Shown here piece after piece: positions 48,728 to 58,200 of a DNA stretch of 64,000 nucleotides. The notes beneath the pieces are model-generated. The model ran no database searches, had not been told where the DNA came from, and saw only the letters and a list, made by a program, of their open reading frames with translations. A program made the translations under genes and the position numbers. The stretch spans positions 768,001 through 832,000 of the forward strand of contig CAWJSJ010000002.1 of assembly GCA_963845565.1 (NCBI GenBank), in the 5' to 3' direction. The number at the start of each line of letters is the position of its first letter. The first letter of the stretch is position 1. This DNA comes from an uncultured Methylomirabilota bacterium. GTDB taxonomy: Bacteria; Methylomirabilota; Methylomirabilia; Methylomirabilales; 2-02-FULL-66-22.

Positions 48728-51100
48728 TCATCCCACCGTGGTGTGCGCGATCTTTGCCTCGGTCAGGGCAGCGGATACGGTCTCAGCCAACTCGCTCCGG
48801 ATCGCATCCGATCGCTCGAACCGATTGGTCCATACCCGGAGCTCAAACGTGAGCCCGCTGTCTCCGAAACCGATGGAGAAGGCCGCCGGGGGCGGCTCGG
48901 GCAAGACGTCCGGGTGGCTGCGTGCAATCCCGCACACTAGCTCCTTCACCCGGCGAGGATCGCTGGCCGCAGCCGCAGCGACGCGGAGGTCAATCCGGAG
49001 CCGTCGATCGGTGTAAGTCCAGTTCGTGACTTTCTCGGTCACCAGCTGTGCATTGGGGATGAACACATCCGCGCCCTTCCAGGTTCGCACGGTACTGGCC
49101 CGGATCCCGATGTGACGGACCTCGCCCTGAATATCCCCGACCTGCACCACGTCTCCCACGCGAATGGGCCGCTCAAACAGGAGGATCAGCCCCGAGGCGA
49201 AATTGTTCACGACTGTCTGCAAGCCGAACCCGACGCCGACGCCGAAGGCCCCCACCAGGATGGTGACCTTCGTCAGGTCGACGCCCAAGAACGTCAGTGC
49301 CACGACGAACCCGACGACCAGGATCGCGTAGTGCGCCAGGTTCGCCAAGGCGAGGGGCACGCCTTCGGCGAGACGAACGCGCGGAAAGACATCCCCTTCG
49401 AGCATGGCGCGAACGACGGCGGACAGGGTAAATGCCGCCCACGCCGTCGCGCCAAAGAGCAGGACATCGCCGAGGGTGATCTGGATCGTTCCCCACCCGA
49501 ATCCAGTGTCCAGCACGGTCCGAGCCACCGCGATCGCGTTGTCGGAAATCGTCAGCGCGCTCAAGGGGACCAAGATCCAGGCCGCAAACCCGATCCAGGT
49601 CAGGACGAGACCGGCTTGTCCCTCGACATAGGTCCGATGCCGCTGCACCGACGCGAGCGCCCCGAGCGGGCGCGCCCAGAGGAAACAGGCGACCAGCAAC
49701 TGGACCAGCCAGACCAGCACGCGGATGGTCAGCCACGCGTACGCGCTCCGCACCGCGGCGGTGGCCAGTAGACGGGCCAGTTGCAGATAGCCCGCCATTC
49801 CCGCCAGGAACGCCAGGAGGAAGGTCAACGACAGGATCAACGCCAGAGCGCGATCAGGGGGGCCACCCTCGGCGATCCGCGGGTCACCCGGCGGGCCGAC
49901 GCGGCGTGTCGTCCACCACATCCAGCCGACCAACAGGCCGCCGGCCAGGAGGTCGGCCAGGAAGAGCAGGTGCTCGAGGTCCCGTGCCGGAAAGAGCAGC
50001 GGTCGGAACGCCTCCAGCGCGAGGACCACCCCAAAGGCATACAAGCCGCGGGACACGCCGGCCGGAACGAGAGCGAGGAGGAGGCGAATTGCCGGGAAGA
50101 TGGAAATGAACCGCGAGGTGGCAAAGAGGGCAAACGAGTAGGTCGGATAGATCCACGGCGAGGCGAAGATGGCGAGAGCCAGCGCCGCGGAGGCCGGCCG
50201 CTGCAGCATCCAGTTGACGCCTGCGCGCCGATCCGAGGCAGCCCACAGCGCGACCAGGCGACGGGCCCGCAGCAGAAGGGCGAACAGGACAAGACATCCC
50301 AGAATATGCAGGGCGACCCGTTTCGCTTGATCCTCCCCTTCACCCGCCAGGGTATTCCACCAGCGCAGACCGGCGTCACGGAGGCCCGTGACGAATTGCC
50401 CCTGGGCTCTGGCCCAGAGATCGGGACTCCAGATGGGCAGCGCATTCCGCACGCCGAGACGACTGAACAGCTCCGACCGCGCCCGTGCGATCCGCGCCAG
50501 CGCCTGATCGGCGCGCCGCTGCTCCAGGGAGACGCGATACTCCAGCACCAGCACCTCGGCCAGGCGGGAGTTCACCCGCGTCCGCGCCGAGTTGATCCCG
50601 TCGCGCATGGCATGAATCTCCGCGATCAACTGCGGCGGGACCTGCGCGCCCTGGATCTCCTTGAGGGACCGCGCCCACGTCTCATCCAGGTCGGACAGAC
50701 GCTTGAGCTCGCGCTGGAGAGTCGTCCCTCGTTGCGCCAAGGTGTCGGTCCACTCGCTCAGCTCCGTCCGCATCCCTTGCCAGACGACGGCGAGCCCCTG
50801 GAGTGCGGGCGCGGACGGGTCGCTTGACAGGCGTCGCGGGAGACGCTCCCATCGCTCCTGGAGGCGCTTGCTCATCTCGGGTAACTCTTGCTCGATCGCC
50901 TGCATCTCGGGGCCTGGAGCGGACAGGCTGTCCACATTCGCCAGCAGGGCAGCGACCTCAGCGGCCTGTGACGCGATCTCTGCGGCCGGGATGGGACTCG
51001 CCGCAACTTGCGCCCGCGCCGGACCGGGAGACGCCAGGGCCAGCCAGAGCAACGTGAGCCCCAGAACCCGAACCAATTCTCTGCGTCGATTGGATGCCAT
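48728..51100 (-). CDS. Large MscS/MscK-like mechanosensitive channel (start uncertain, may be 51196)
   Basis: Periplasmic coiled coil, many TM segments; GVGVGFGLQTVVNNFASGLILLFERPIRVGD, IPNAQL. Confidence 0.9.
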   Translation of the reverse strand: MASNRRRELVRVLGLTLLWLALASPGPARAQVAASPIPAAEIASQAAEVAALLANVDSLSAPGPEMQAIEQELPEMSKRLQERWERLPRRLSSDPSAPALQGLAVVWQGMRTELSEWTDTLAQRGTTLQRELKRLSDLDETWARSLKEIQGAQVPPQLIAEIHAMRDGINSARTRVNSRLAEVLVLEYRVSLEQRRADQALARIARARSELFSRLGVRNALPIWSPDLWARAQGQFVTGLRDAGLRWWNTLAGEGEDQAKRVALHILGCLVLFALLLRARRLVALWAASDRRAGVNWMLQRPASAALALAIFASPWIYPTYSFALFATSRFISIFPAIRLLLALVPAGVSRGLYAFGVVLALEAFRPLLFPARDLEHLLFLADLLAGGLLVGWMWWTTRRVGPPGDPRIAEGGPPDRALALILSLTFLLAFLAGMAGYLQLARLLATAAVRSAYAWLTIRVLVWLVQLLVACFLWARPLGALASVQRHRTYVEGQAGLVLTWIGFAAWILVPLSALTISDNAIAVARTVLDTGFGWGTIQITLGDVLLFGATAWAAFTLSAVVRAMLEGDVFPRVRLAEGVPLALANLAHYAILVVGFVVALTFLGVDLTKVTILVGAFGVGVGFGLQTVVNNFASGLILLFERPIRVGDVVQVGDIQGEVRHIGIRASTVRTWKGADVFIPNAQLVTEKVTNWTYTDRRLRIDLRVAAAAASDPRRVKELVCGIARSHPDVLPEPPPAAFSIGFGDSGLTFELRVWTNRFERSDAIRSELAETVSAALTEAKIAHTTVG

Positions 51101-51432
51101 ACGCGGTACCCCGGCGTCTTGTCGCCCCGAGGAGGGTCGAGGTGCGTGCGCCGCGCGATGAGGAAGACGGAGGAAACGTGACGAGATGGTTAACATGCCG
51201 GTCTCCGGGTGTCAATTCGATTCCCCGCCCGCAATCCGTTTCCCATGCGTTTTGCGGTGTTGCCGACGTTCACTCTGTCAGGGGACGACATCCCACAACT
51301 CCTCGTGCGACCCGGCCCGCACATTGCCCCGCCAAGTCCGCCTCGATGTCTTCACGCTCTGTCCTGATCAGCATCGTCGGGGCAGCGACTGTAGGAAAGT
51401 TCCTTCTTGACTTGGCCTGAAGGCTCTGATAG

Positions 51433-51445
51433 GTAGTAAAACTAC
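51433..51445. promoter_or_regulatory. HexR/RpiR-type operator palindrome GTAGT-AAA-ACTAC
   Basis: Perfect 5-bp arms, downstream of TTGACT (51407) and just upstream of the RpiR gene; resembles the HexR motif as I recall it. Confidence 0.6.
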
Positions 51446-51475
51446 ATTCTTCCTCACATCTTCCCTCGGGGCGAG

Positions 51476-52363
51476 ATGGCCAGGATGAGCGGCAAGAGGG
51501 CGGACGGCGGTCAGGCGTGGCGCGGGAGCGTTTTGCGGGTGCTCCGGGCCAAGAGCGACGACCTCCGCGCCTCCGAGCGTCGCGTAGCGGAATACGTCCT
51601 GGCCGCCCCGGACAAGGTCATCTACCAGTCCATCAGCGAGGTGGCCGAGAACGCCGGAATCAGCGAGCCCACGGTGATTCGCTTCTGTCGCGCGCTGGGC
51701 CTGAAGGGCTACCACGACCTGAAGATCCGCCTGGCCCAGGACCTCGTCCCCGAGGAGAAGAACATCCACGAGGACGTGGGCCCTGGGGACGACGCGGCCA
51801 CGCTCTGCCGTAAGGTCCTGAACGCCAATTCCCTGGCCATCCAGGACAGCCTGGAGACGCTGGCGCCGGACCAGGTGGAGCGGGCCGTCCGCCTGCTCGC
51901 CCGGGCGTCCCACATCGAGTTCATCGGCTTCGGCGGCTCCGCCCCCGTCGCCATGGACGCTTACCACAAGTTCTTTCGCCTCGGCATCCCGTGCGGCTGG
52001 CAGGACGACCCCCACATGCAGGCCATGGCCGTCTCCTTGATGACGCCCCGCAGCGTCGTGGTGGCCATCTCCCATTCCGGCTCCAGTAAGGACATCGTGG
52101 AGACCTTCGAGATCGCCAAGCAAGCGGGGGCCGCGACCATTGCGATCGTGAGTCACCGCAAGTCGCCGGTGGCGACCATCGCGGACGTCGCGCTCTGCGT
52201 TCACACACGCGAGACGGGCTTCAAGCCGGAGCCGATGTCCTCCCGCATCGCGCACCTGTGCGTGATCGACGTCCTGGCCGTGGGTGTGGCGCTGCGGCGG
52301 AGCGGGGACTTTGTGGCGAGCGTCCAGAAGACCCGAAAGGCCCTGATTAATAAGCGCTACTAA
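51476..52363 (+). CDS. RpiR/HexR family transcriptional regulator
   Basis: SEPTVIRFCRALGLKGYHDLKI (HTH); SIS domain FGGSAPVA, ISHSGSS. Confidence 0.93.
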   Translation: MARMSGKRADGGQAWRGSVLRVLRAKSDDLRASERRVAEYVLAAPDKVIYQSISEVAENAGISEPTVIRFCRALGLKGYHDLKIRLAQDLVPEEKNIHEDVGPGDDAATLCRKVLNANSLAIQDSLETLAPDQVERAVRLLARASHIEFIGFGGSAPVAMDAYHKFFRLGIPCGWQDDPHMQAMAVSLMTPRSVVVAISHSGSSKDIVETFEIAKQAGAATIAIVSHRKSPVATIADVALCVHTRETGFKPEPMSSRIAHLCVIDVLAVGVALRRSGDFVASVQKTRKALINKRY

Positions 52364-52391
52364 CAGGGTGTTGAAGTCTCATTTTCTCCTA

Positions 52392-52534
52392 GGCTGCTCA
52401 AAAAGGTCCAGATGCTAGGCGGCAAGCGAGGCGAGGTGCGAGACGTACTTGGCACGTACGTCGCAGCGCCGCGCGAGCGCGCGGGGTACCCGTCCGAAGG
52501 ATGGGTCCCCGCAGATGGGCCTTTTTCAGCAGCC
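52392..52534 (-). mobile_element. ~140-bp MITE-like element, family B, copy 2 (reverse)
   Basis: GGCTGCTCAAAAAGG ... CCTTTTTCAGCAGCC. Confidence 0.82.
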
Positions 52535-52560
52535 TGCTGAGCCACTCGCGGAGGTCCCCC

Positions 52561-53076
52561 ATGCCCGAGAAGCGATTCGAACGGTACCTCGTCGCGGCCA
52601 ACCGGGCGATCATCTTCCTCATGATGGCCGTGATGGCGACCTTGGTCTTCGTCAACGTCATCACCCGGTACGTGTTCAATTTCTCGATCATCTGGGCGGA
52701 GGAGGTCTCCCAGTACCTGATGATCTGGATCGCCTATCTGGGCGCCGGCCTCGCGTTGCGCGAGGGGCGCCACGTGGCCGTGGAGATGTTGCAGGACCGC
52801 CTGCCCAAGGCGCTGGGCCGCAGACTGCGGATGGCGGTCGGGGGTCTGGTATTTTTATTCCTGGGGGTGGTAACGGTCCTCGGCTTCCAGTTTGCCGCCT
52901 TCGTCTGGAGCCAGGAGACCCCCGTGCTAAACATCTCCCTCGGCATCCCGTCCCTGGCGATCCCCATTGGCGCCCTGCTCTTCGCCCTGCACCTCATACT
53001 CATGTTCCGCAACTACGTGGGGAAGCAGTACGCCCCCGGGCAAATCCTGGAAGACCTCTCGGGCACGGAGGCCTAG
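52561..53076 (+). CDS. TRAP transporter small permease (DctQ)
   Basis: NVITRY, WAEEVSQY, GRHVAVE; four TM segments. Confidence 0.9.
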   Translation: MPEKRFERYLVAANRAIIFLMMAVMATLVFVNVITRYVFNFSIIWAEEVSQYLMIWIAYLGAGLALREGRHVAVEMLQDRLPKALGRRLRMAVGGLVFLFLGVVTVLGFQFAAFVWSQETPVLNISLGIPSLAIPIGALLFALHLILMFRNYVGKQYAPGQILEDLSGTEA

Positions 53077-53079
53077 GCC

Positions 53080-54369
53080 ATGGGGATCACGCTCGCCGTC
53101 ACCTTCCTCCTGGGCATGCTGATCGGCTTTCCCATCGCCATCAGCATGGGCGGCTCGGGATTCCTGGCCCTCCTTCTGAATGGCAAGTTGTCGCTTCTCA
53201 CCGTGCCGCAGCGCTTCTTCAACGGAATCAACTCCTTTCCCCTGATGGCAGTCCCCTTCTTCATCCTGGCCGCCGACCTCATGAGCGCGAGCGGCATCAC
53301 CATGTCGCTGCTCCGCTTCACCAACAACATGGTCGGGCACATCCGCGGCGGCCTGGGTCACGTCAATATCCTCACCCTCATGCTTTTTGCCGGCATCAGC
53401 GGGTCGGCCCTGGCCGACGCCGCCGGCCCCGGCGCCCTCATCATGCGGATGATGAAGAAGGCGGGTTACGACGAGTATTACTCCGCCGCCCTGACCGCTT
53501 CCACGGCCATCATGGGCCCCATCATCCCGCCCAGCATCATCATGGTCATCTACGCCATCACGGACAGCAAGGTGACCGTGGCGGCTCTGTTCCTGGCGGG
53601 CGTGCTTCCCGGCGTCCTCATGGCCCTGGCGCTGGCCGTCCTCAATCACCTCACCGCCGTCCGCCGCAATTACCTCTTCCGGTCGCCGCTGGCCACCTGG
53701 AAGGAGCGCCTGCAGAGCGTCTGGCGGGCGGTCCCGGCGCTCCTCATGCCGGTGATCATCATCGGCGGGATCCTGGGCGGCATCTTCACCGCCACCGAGG
53801 CCTCGGCGGTGGCCGTCTTTTACGCTCTGTTTGTCGGGTTCTTCGTCACCAAGAAACTGACCCTGCGGAACCTACCCAAGGTCGTGGTACAGAGCGCCCT
53901 GGTCACCTCGGCGGCGCTCCTCATCGTTTCCATGGCCTCCCTCTTCGCAAACATCCTCACCATGGTCCAAGTCCCGCAGACCGTCGCCGCCTATATCATG
54001 GGCATCAGCCGAGATCCAACAGTCGTGATGACGATCGTGGCGATCTTCCTTTTGATCTGCGGCATGTTCATCGACACGCTACCTGCGGTCATCATCCTGG
54101 TCCCGGTGCTGGGCCCCCTGGCAGACCAGGTCGGCATCGACCCCTTGCATTTCGCCATGGCCTTCGTCCTGAATCTCACCATCGGAATGGTCACGCCCCC
54201 CGTGGGCGGGGTTCTCTTCATCCTCACGGCTGTGGGCCAGTTGAGTTTCGAAAAGCTCTCGCGGGCCGTCCTGCCCATGGTGTTCGCGCTCCTGTTAGTC
54301 CTGGCGATGGTCATGTATATCCCGGCGATCAGCCTGACCCTGCCCAGGTGGTTCGGGTTCGCTCGTTAA
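53080..54369 (+). CDS. TRAP transporter large permease (DctM)
   Basis: FPLMAVPFF, RGGLG, SGSALAD, IIPPSI, TATEAS, TPPVG. Confidence 0.93.
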   Translation: MGITLAVTFLLGMLIGFPIAISMGGSGFLALLLNGKLSLLTVPQRFFNGINSFPLMAVPFFILAADLMSASGITMSLLRFTNNMVGHIRGGLGHVNILTLMLFAGISGSALADAAGPGALIMRMMKKAGYDEYYSAALTASTAIMGPIIPPSIIMVIYAITDSKVTVAALFLAGVLPGVLMALALAVLNHLTAVRRNYLFRSPLATWKERLQSVWRAVPALLMPVIIIGGILGGIFTATEASAVAVFYALFVGFFVTKKLTLRNLPKVVVQSALVTSAALLIVSMASLFANILTMVQVPQTVAAYIMGISRDPTVVMTIVAIFLLICGMFIDTLPAVIILVPVLGPLADQVGIDPLHFAMAFVLNLTIGMVTPPVGGVLFILTAVGQLSFEKLSRAVLPMVFALLLVLAMVMYIPAISLTLPRWFGFAR

Positions 54370-54395
54370 CCCTGAAGGGAGAAGGAGGAAGTGCC

Positions 54396-55409
54396 ATGAA
54401 GTGGAGATGTGGGGTTCTCGTCGCCCTGGCCGTCGTGCTGCTGGCCCTCCCGACGGCCGCCGTGGCCCAGCAAAAGGTCCTCAAGTATGCCCATTTCCAG
54501 CCCGCCCGGCCCGACCAGCCGAAGCATGCCGCCGCGCTGGCCTTCAAGGAGCACGTCGAGAAGGCGACCAACGGCTCCATCAAGGTCGAGATCTTCCCGG
54601 CCGGCCAGTTCGGCAACGACGCCGACACCATGTCGGGGCTCCGGCTCGGCACGCTGGACATGGCCGTGGCCCATGACGGCGCCATCGCCGTGATCTACAA
54701 ACCCGTCGGCGTCCTCGGCATCCCGTTCCTCTACGAGAACCACGAGCACGCGTGGCGGGTGTACGACAGCCCTTGGTTGAAAGGGTTCTCCGACGACATG
54801 ATCAAGAAGACGGGGGTCCGACTGCTGTCGTTCGCCGACAACGGCGTGCGCCACTTCACCAACAGCAAACGGCCCGTCCGCACCCCTGACGACATGAAGG
54901 GGCTCAAGATGCGGGTCATGCCCAGCCCCGTGTTCCAGACCCTCGTCAATTCCCTCGGCGCCAGCCCCTCGGCGATCCCATGGGCGGAGCTGCCGACGGC
55001 CTTGCAGCAGAAGGTCGTGGACGGGCAGGAGAACGGCGTGACCAACATCCTGGCCGCCAGCCTGTACCAGTATCAGAAGTACATCACCCTGGACGGCCAC
55101 GTCTGGAGCGTCCATGGTTACACGATCAACGAGAAGTACTACCAGGGGCTCTCGGCCGTCGAGCGGAAGGCGGTGGAGGAAGGCACGCAGAAGGCCACGG
55201 CCATCCACCGCAAGATGACGAGCGATCAGGACAAGAACGCCAAGGAGATCCTCGGGAAGCTCGGCATGGAGGTCACCGAGATCACGCCCGCCGAGCTTGC
55301 GAAATTCCGCAACCTCGCCCAGCCGCCGGTCAAGGCCTGGGCGGAGAAGGAGATCGGCAAGGAATACGTGGACAGCCTCTTCAAGGCGATCGAGGCGACG
55401 CGGAAGTAG
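54396..55409 (+). CDS. TRAP substrate-binding protein (DctP)
   Basis: Signal peptide; IFPAGQFG, NGVRHFTN, GLKMRV, ALQQKVVDGQEN. Confidence 0.93.
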   Translation: MKWRCGVLVALAVVLLALPTAAVAQQKVLKYAHFQPARPDQPKHAAALAFKEHVEKATNGSIKVEIFPAGQFGNDADTMSGLRLGTLDMAVAHDGAIAVIYKPVGVLGIPFLYENHEHAWRVYDSPWLKGFSDDMIKKTGVRLLSFADNGVRHFTNSKRPVRTPDDMKGLKMRVMPSPVFQTLVNSLGASPSAIPWAELPTALQQKVVDGQENGVTNILAASLYQYQKYITLDGHVWSVHGYTINEKYYQGLSAVERKAVEEGTQKATAIHRKMTSDQDKNAKEILGKLGMEVTEITPAELAKFRNLAQPPVKAWAEKEIGKEYVDSLFKAIEATRK

Positions 55410-55535
55410 CTGGCTAACACTTCCAGCGCCACGCAACGACGTTAACCACCGGGACCTCCCCCGGTCCGGGATCGTGACTGGACCCCGGGCCGGGGGAGGC
55501 CGTCAGCGTCCCTGACAGAATTGGAGATCCGATCC

Positions 55536-56450
55536 ATGAAAGCCCACGGCATCATCGTCGCGCTCCATACCCCGCTCACCCCGAGCGGAGAGATCCACGA
55601 GGAGGCGCTTCGCGACCATCTGGAATGGATGGTCCAATCAGGCATCCACGGGATCTTCCCCTGCGGAACCATGGGCGAAGGCATCGCCCTGTCGGATGCG
55701 CAGCGGAAGCGTGTTGCGGAGATCACCGTCGCGCAGGTGAAGCGGCGTATCCCCGTCATGCCCCAGGTCACGACCAACAACACGACGGGGTGCCTGGACC
55801 TGGCACGCCACGCCCGGGAGGCCGGCTGCGATGCCGTCTCCGTCATCGCCCCCTACTTCTACCCGTCCGACGGCCCGGCCCTGGACGCCTTTTTCACGGA
55901 GATCGCCGCCGCCGTCCCCGGGCTCCCCGTCTATCTGTACAACAACCCGGGTCGCTCGGCCTCCGGCATCTCGTCCTCCTTGGTGGGAAAGCTTGCCAAG
56001 AAGGTCAAGAACATCGTGGGGATCAAGGACTCCAGCAAAGACCTGATCCTGTTCCAGGAATACGTGGAGGTCGGAGGCGAAGGCTTCGAGTGCATCATCG
56101 GGACAGACGGGCTGGTCTATCCCGCCATGATGGTTGGCGGGGTGGGCGTCGTCTCGGCGGTGGCAAATCCCTTCCCCGAGCTGATGGTGGCCCTCTATGA
56201 CGCTGTGGTAGCAAAGCAGTACGAGCGGGCGCGGAAGCTCCAGCTCCTGGTGAACCAGCTCCGCGGGGTCCTGAAGATCGGACCATACCTGGCCGGCTAC
56301 AAGGAGATCATGCGGCTGCGCGGCCGGGAGTTCCCGCTGGATATGAAAGCCCCGTTACGTGGGCTGAACGAGAAGGAGACGGCCGAGATCCACGCAGCCT
56401 TCGACGCGCTGCCCAAGGCGGTCTTCGATCCCTCGTTGGTGGGCTGCTGA
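55536..56450 (+). CDS. DapA/DHDPS-family aldolase or dehydratase
   Basis: GTMGE, APYFY, LYNNP, GIKDSS; the stop codon lies inside the family B terminal repeat. Confidence 0.9.
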   Translation: MKAHGIIVALHTPLTPSGEIHEEALRDHLEWMVQSGIHGIFPCGTMGEGIALSDAQRKRVAEITVAQVKRRIPVMPQVTTNNTTGCLDLARHAREAGCDAVSVIAPYFYPSDGPALDAFFTEIAAAVPGLPVYLYNNPGRSASGISSSLVGKLAKKVKNIVGIKDSSKDLILFQEYVEVGGEGFECIIGTDGLVYPAMMVGGVGVVSAVANPFPELMVALYDAVVAKQYERARKLQLLVNQLRGVLKIGPYLAGYKEIMRLRGREFPLDMKAPLRGLNEKETAEIHAAFDALPKAVFDPSLVGC

Positions 56451-56582
56451 AAACGGCCATCTGCGGGGACCCATCCTCTGGACGGGTACCCCGCCCACCT
56501 CGCCACTCGCTGCGACGTACCTCCAGTACGCCTCGCTCGGGCTGCGGTGTGCCGCCTTGCATCTGGACCTTTTTGAGCAGCC
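56442..56582 (+). mobile_element. ~140-bp MITE-like element, family B, copy 3
   Basis: GGCTGCTGAAAACGG ... CCTTTTTGAGCAGCC. Confidence 0.82.
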
Positions 56583-56635
56583 CGGGGAAAGACGGTACTC
56601 TGCCAGTAGGAGATGGCTGACTGCGAGGCTGCCGG

Positions 56636-58135
56636 ATGGCTGAGCGCGGAAACGTGCTGGCGGTGGACATCGGGACGTCGGCGACGAAGGCCGTGCTCTT
56701 CGACGGCCAGGGTCGGATCTTGTCCCTTGCCCGCCGCGCTTACGCCATGCTCACGCCCCGGCCGGATTGGGCCGAGCAGGATCCGGAGGCGGTCTATCCC
56801 GCCGTTCTGGAGGCCATCCGCGAGGCCTATCAGAACCGGCCACCGGGCCGCTCGGTGGACGCGGTGGCCTTCAGCGCCCAGTGGTACAGCACCATGCCGG
56901 TCGCGTCCGACGATCGGCCCCTGTCGCCCTATCTCACCTGGTCGGACCGTCGCAGCGCGGCCATCGCCGATCGCCTGCGGCGGTCTGACGCGGGGCGCCG
57001 GATCTACCGGGCCACCGGCTGCCCGCTGGATGCCATCTACCCGCTCTCCAAGATCGCCTGGCTTCGACAGGCCGATCTTCCCGCTCAGCCGGTTCGTTTT
57101 CTCTCCATCAAGGAATACGTCTTCCGCCGCCTCTTCGGCGAATACGTGGTGGACTGGTCGATGGCCTCGTCCACGGGCCTCTTCGATATCCGCCGACGGG
57201 ACTGGTCTCCGGAGGCGCTGGACGCCGCCGGCATCGGCCGGGCGCACCTCTCGACCCCCGTCTCTCCCTACCGGACATTCACCCGCTGGTTGCCGGAGGC
57301 TCTGGAACGCACCGGCTTGCCGCAGGGCATCCCCTGCGTGATCGGCGCGGGAGACGGCGTTCTGTCCAGCGTCGGCGTCGGCGCCGTGGGCCGTGGAATC
57401 GCTGCGGTCAACGTCGGGACGAGCGCGGCCTGTCGGTACCTGATCGAGGCGCCGACGGTCGACCCACAGGAGCGGCTCTGGACCTACGCCCTGGACGAAC
57501 GCTGGTGGGTGATCGGCGGCATCGTGAGTAGCGGCGGGATCGTCTACGACTGGTTCGTCCGTCAGTGCGCGGACGCGGAAGCGGCGGACGGTCCGCCGGG
57601 CGTCGAGCTGCACGCCGCCCTCAACGACCTGGCGGCCCAGGTGCCGCCGGGCGCGGAAGGCCTGATCTTTTTCCCGTACCTGTCCGGCGAGCAGTGCCCC
57701 GTCTGGGACCCCGAGACGACGGGAGGCTTCTGGGGGCTCACGCTTCGCCATGGGCGCGGGCACCTGGCCAGGGCGGTCTACGAGGGCATTGCCCTCTCCC
57801 TGGCCCGTGTGGCGGAGGCCCTTGCGGACGCGGTCGAGCCCATCGAGGAGGTCCGGGTGACGGGCGGACTCCTGGGCTCGTCCACGTGGCTCCAGATTGC
57901 GGCGGACATGTGGGGGACCCGGATCCTGGTGCCGGAGTCGCCCGAGGGCTCCTCCCTCGGCGCGGCGGTCCTGGCCTGGGTCGCTCTGGGCATGGCGCCC
58001 GACCTGGGTGTGGCGCGGGAGCTGGTCCGCCCGGCGCGTGTGGTGGAGCCGGATGCAAGGCAGCGGGCAGTCTACCGAGACTACCTCGGCCGGGCAGCAC
58101 GGCTGCTGGCCGCGGTGAAGACCATTCGCGACTGA
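56636..58135 (+). CDS. FGGY carbohydrate kinase, gluconokinase-like
   Basis: DIGTSATKA, TWSDRR, PLSKIAW, SIKEY, ASSTGL, GAGDG, PYLSGE. Confidence 0.85.
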   Translation: MAERGNVLAVDIGTSATKAVLFDGQGRILSLARRAYAMLTPRPDWAEQDPEAVYPAVLEAIREAYQNRPPGRSVDAVAFSAQWYSTMPVASDDRPLSPYLTWSDRRSAAIADRLRRSDAGRRIYRATGCPLDAIYPLSKIAWLRQADLPAQPVRFLSIKEYVFRRLFGEYVVDWSMASSTGLFDIRRRDWSPEALDAAGIGRAHLSTPVSPYRTFTRWLPEALERTGLPQGIPCVIGAGDGVLSSVGVGAVGRGIAAVNVGTSAACRYLIEAPTVDPQERLWTYALDERWWVIGGIVSSGGIVYDWFVRQCADAEAADGPPGVELHAALNDLAAQVPPGAEGLIFFPYLSGEQCPVWDPETTGGFWGLTLRHGRGHLARAVYEGIALSLARVAEALADAVEPIEEVRVTGGLLGSSTWLQIAADMWGTRILVPESPEGSSLGAAVLAWVALGMAPDLGVARELVRPARVVEPDARQRAVYRDYLGRAARLLAAVKTIRD

Positions 58136-58200
58136 GGCGGTCGTCGTATGCAGTGGTGAGAAACGGACGTGGCGTAAACCCAACAACCGGAGGTGGAACC

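Noticed and set aside
52449..54395. N-terminal part of the 986-aa ORF, suggesting a giant DctP fusion
   Set aside because: Shadow frame over dctQ/dctM; the real DctP starts at 54396 with an RBS and signal peptide. The same applies to the extended ORFs at 38533, 57565, 59596 and 5747-7765.
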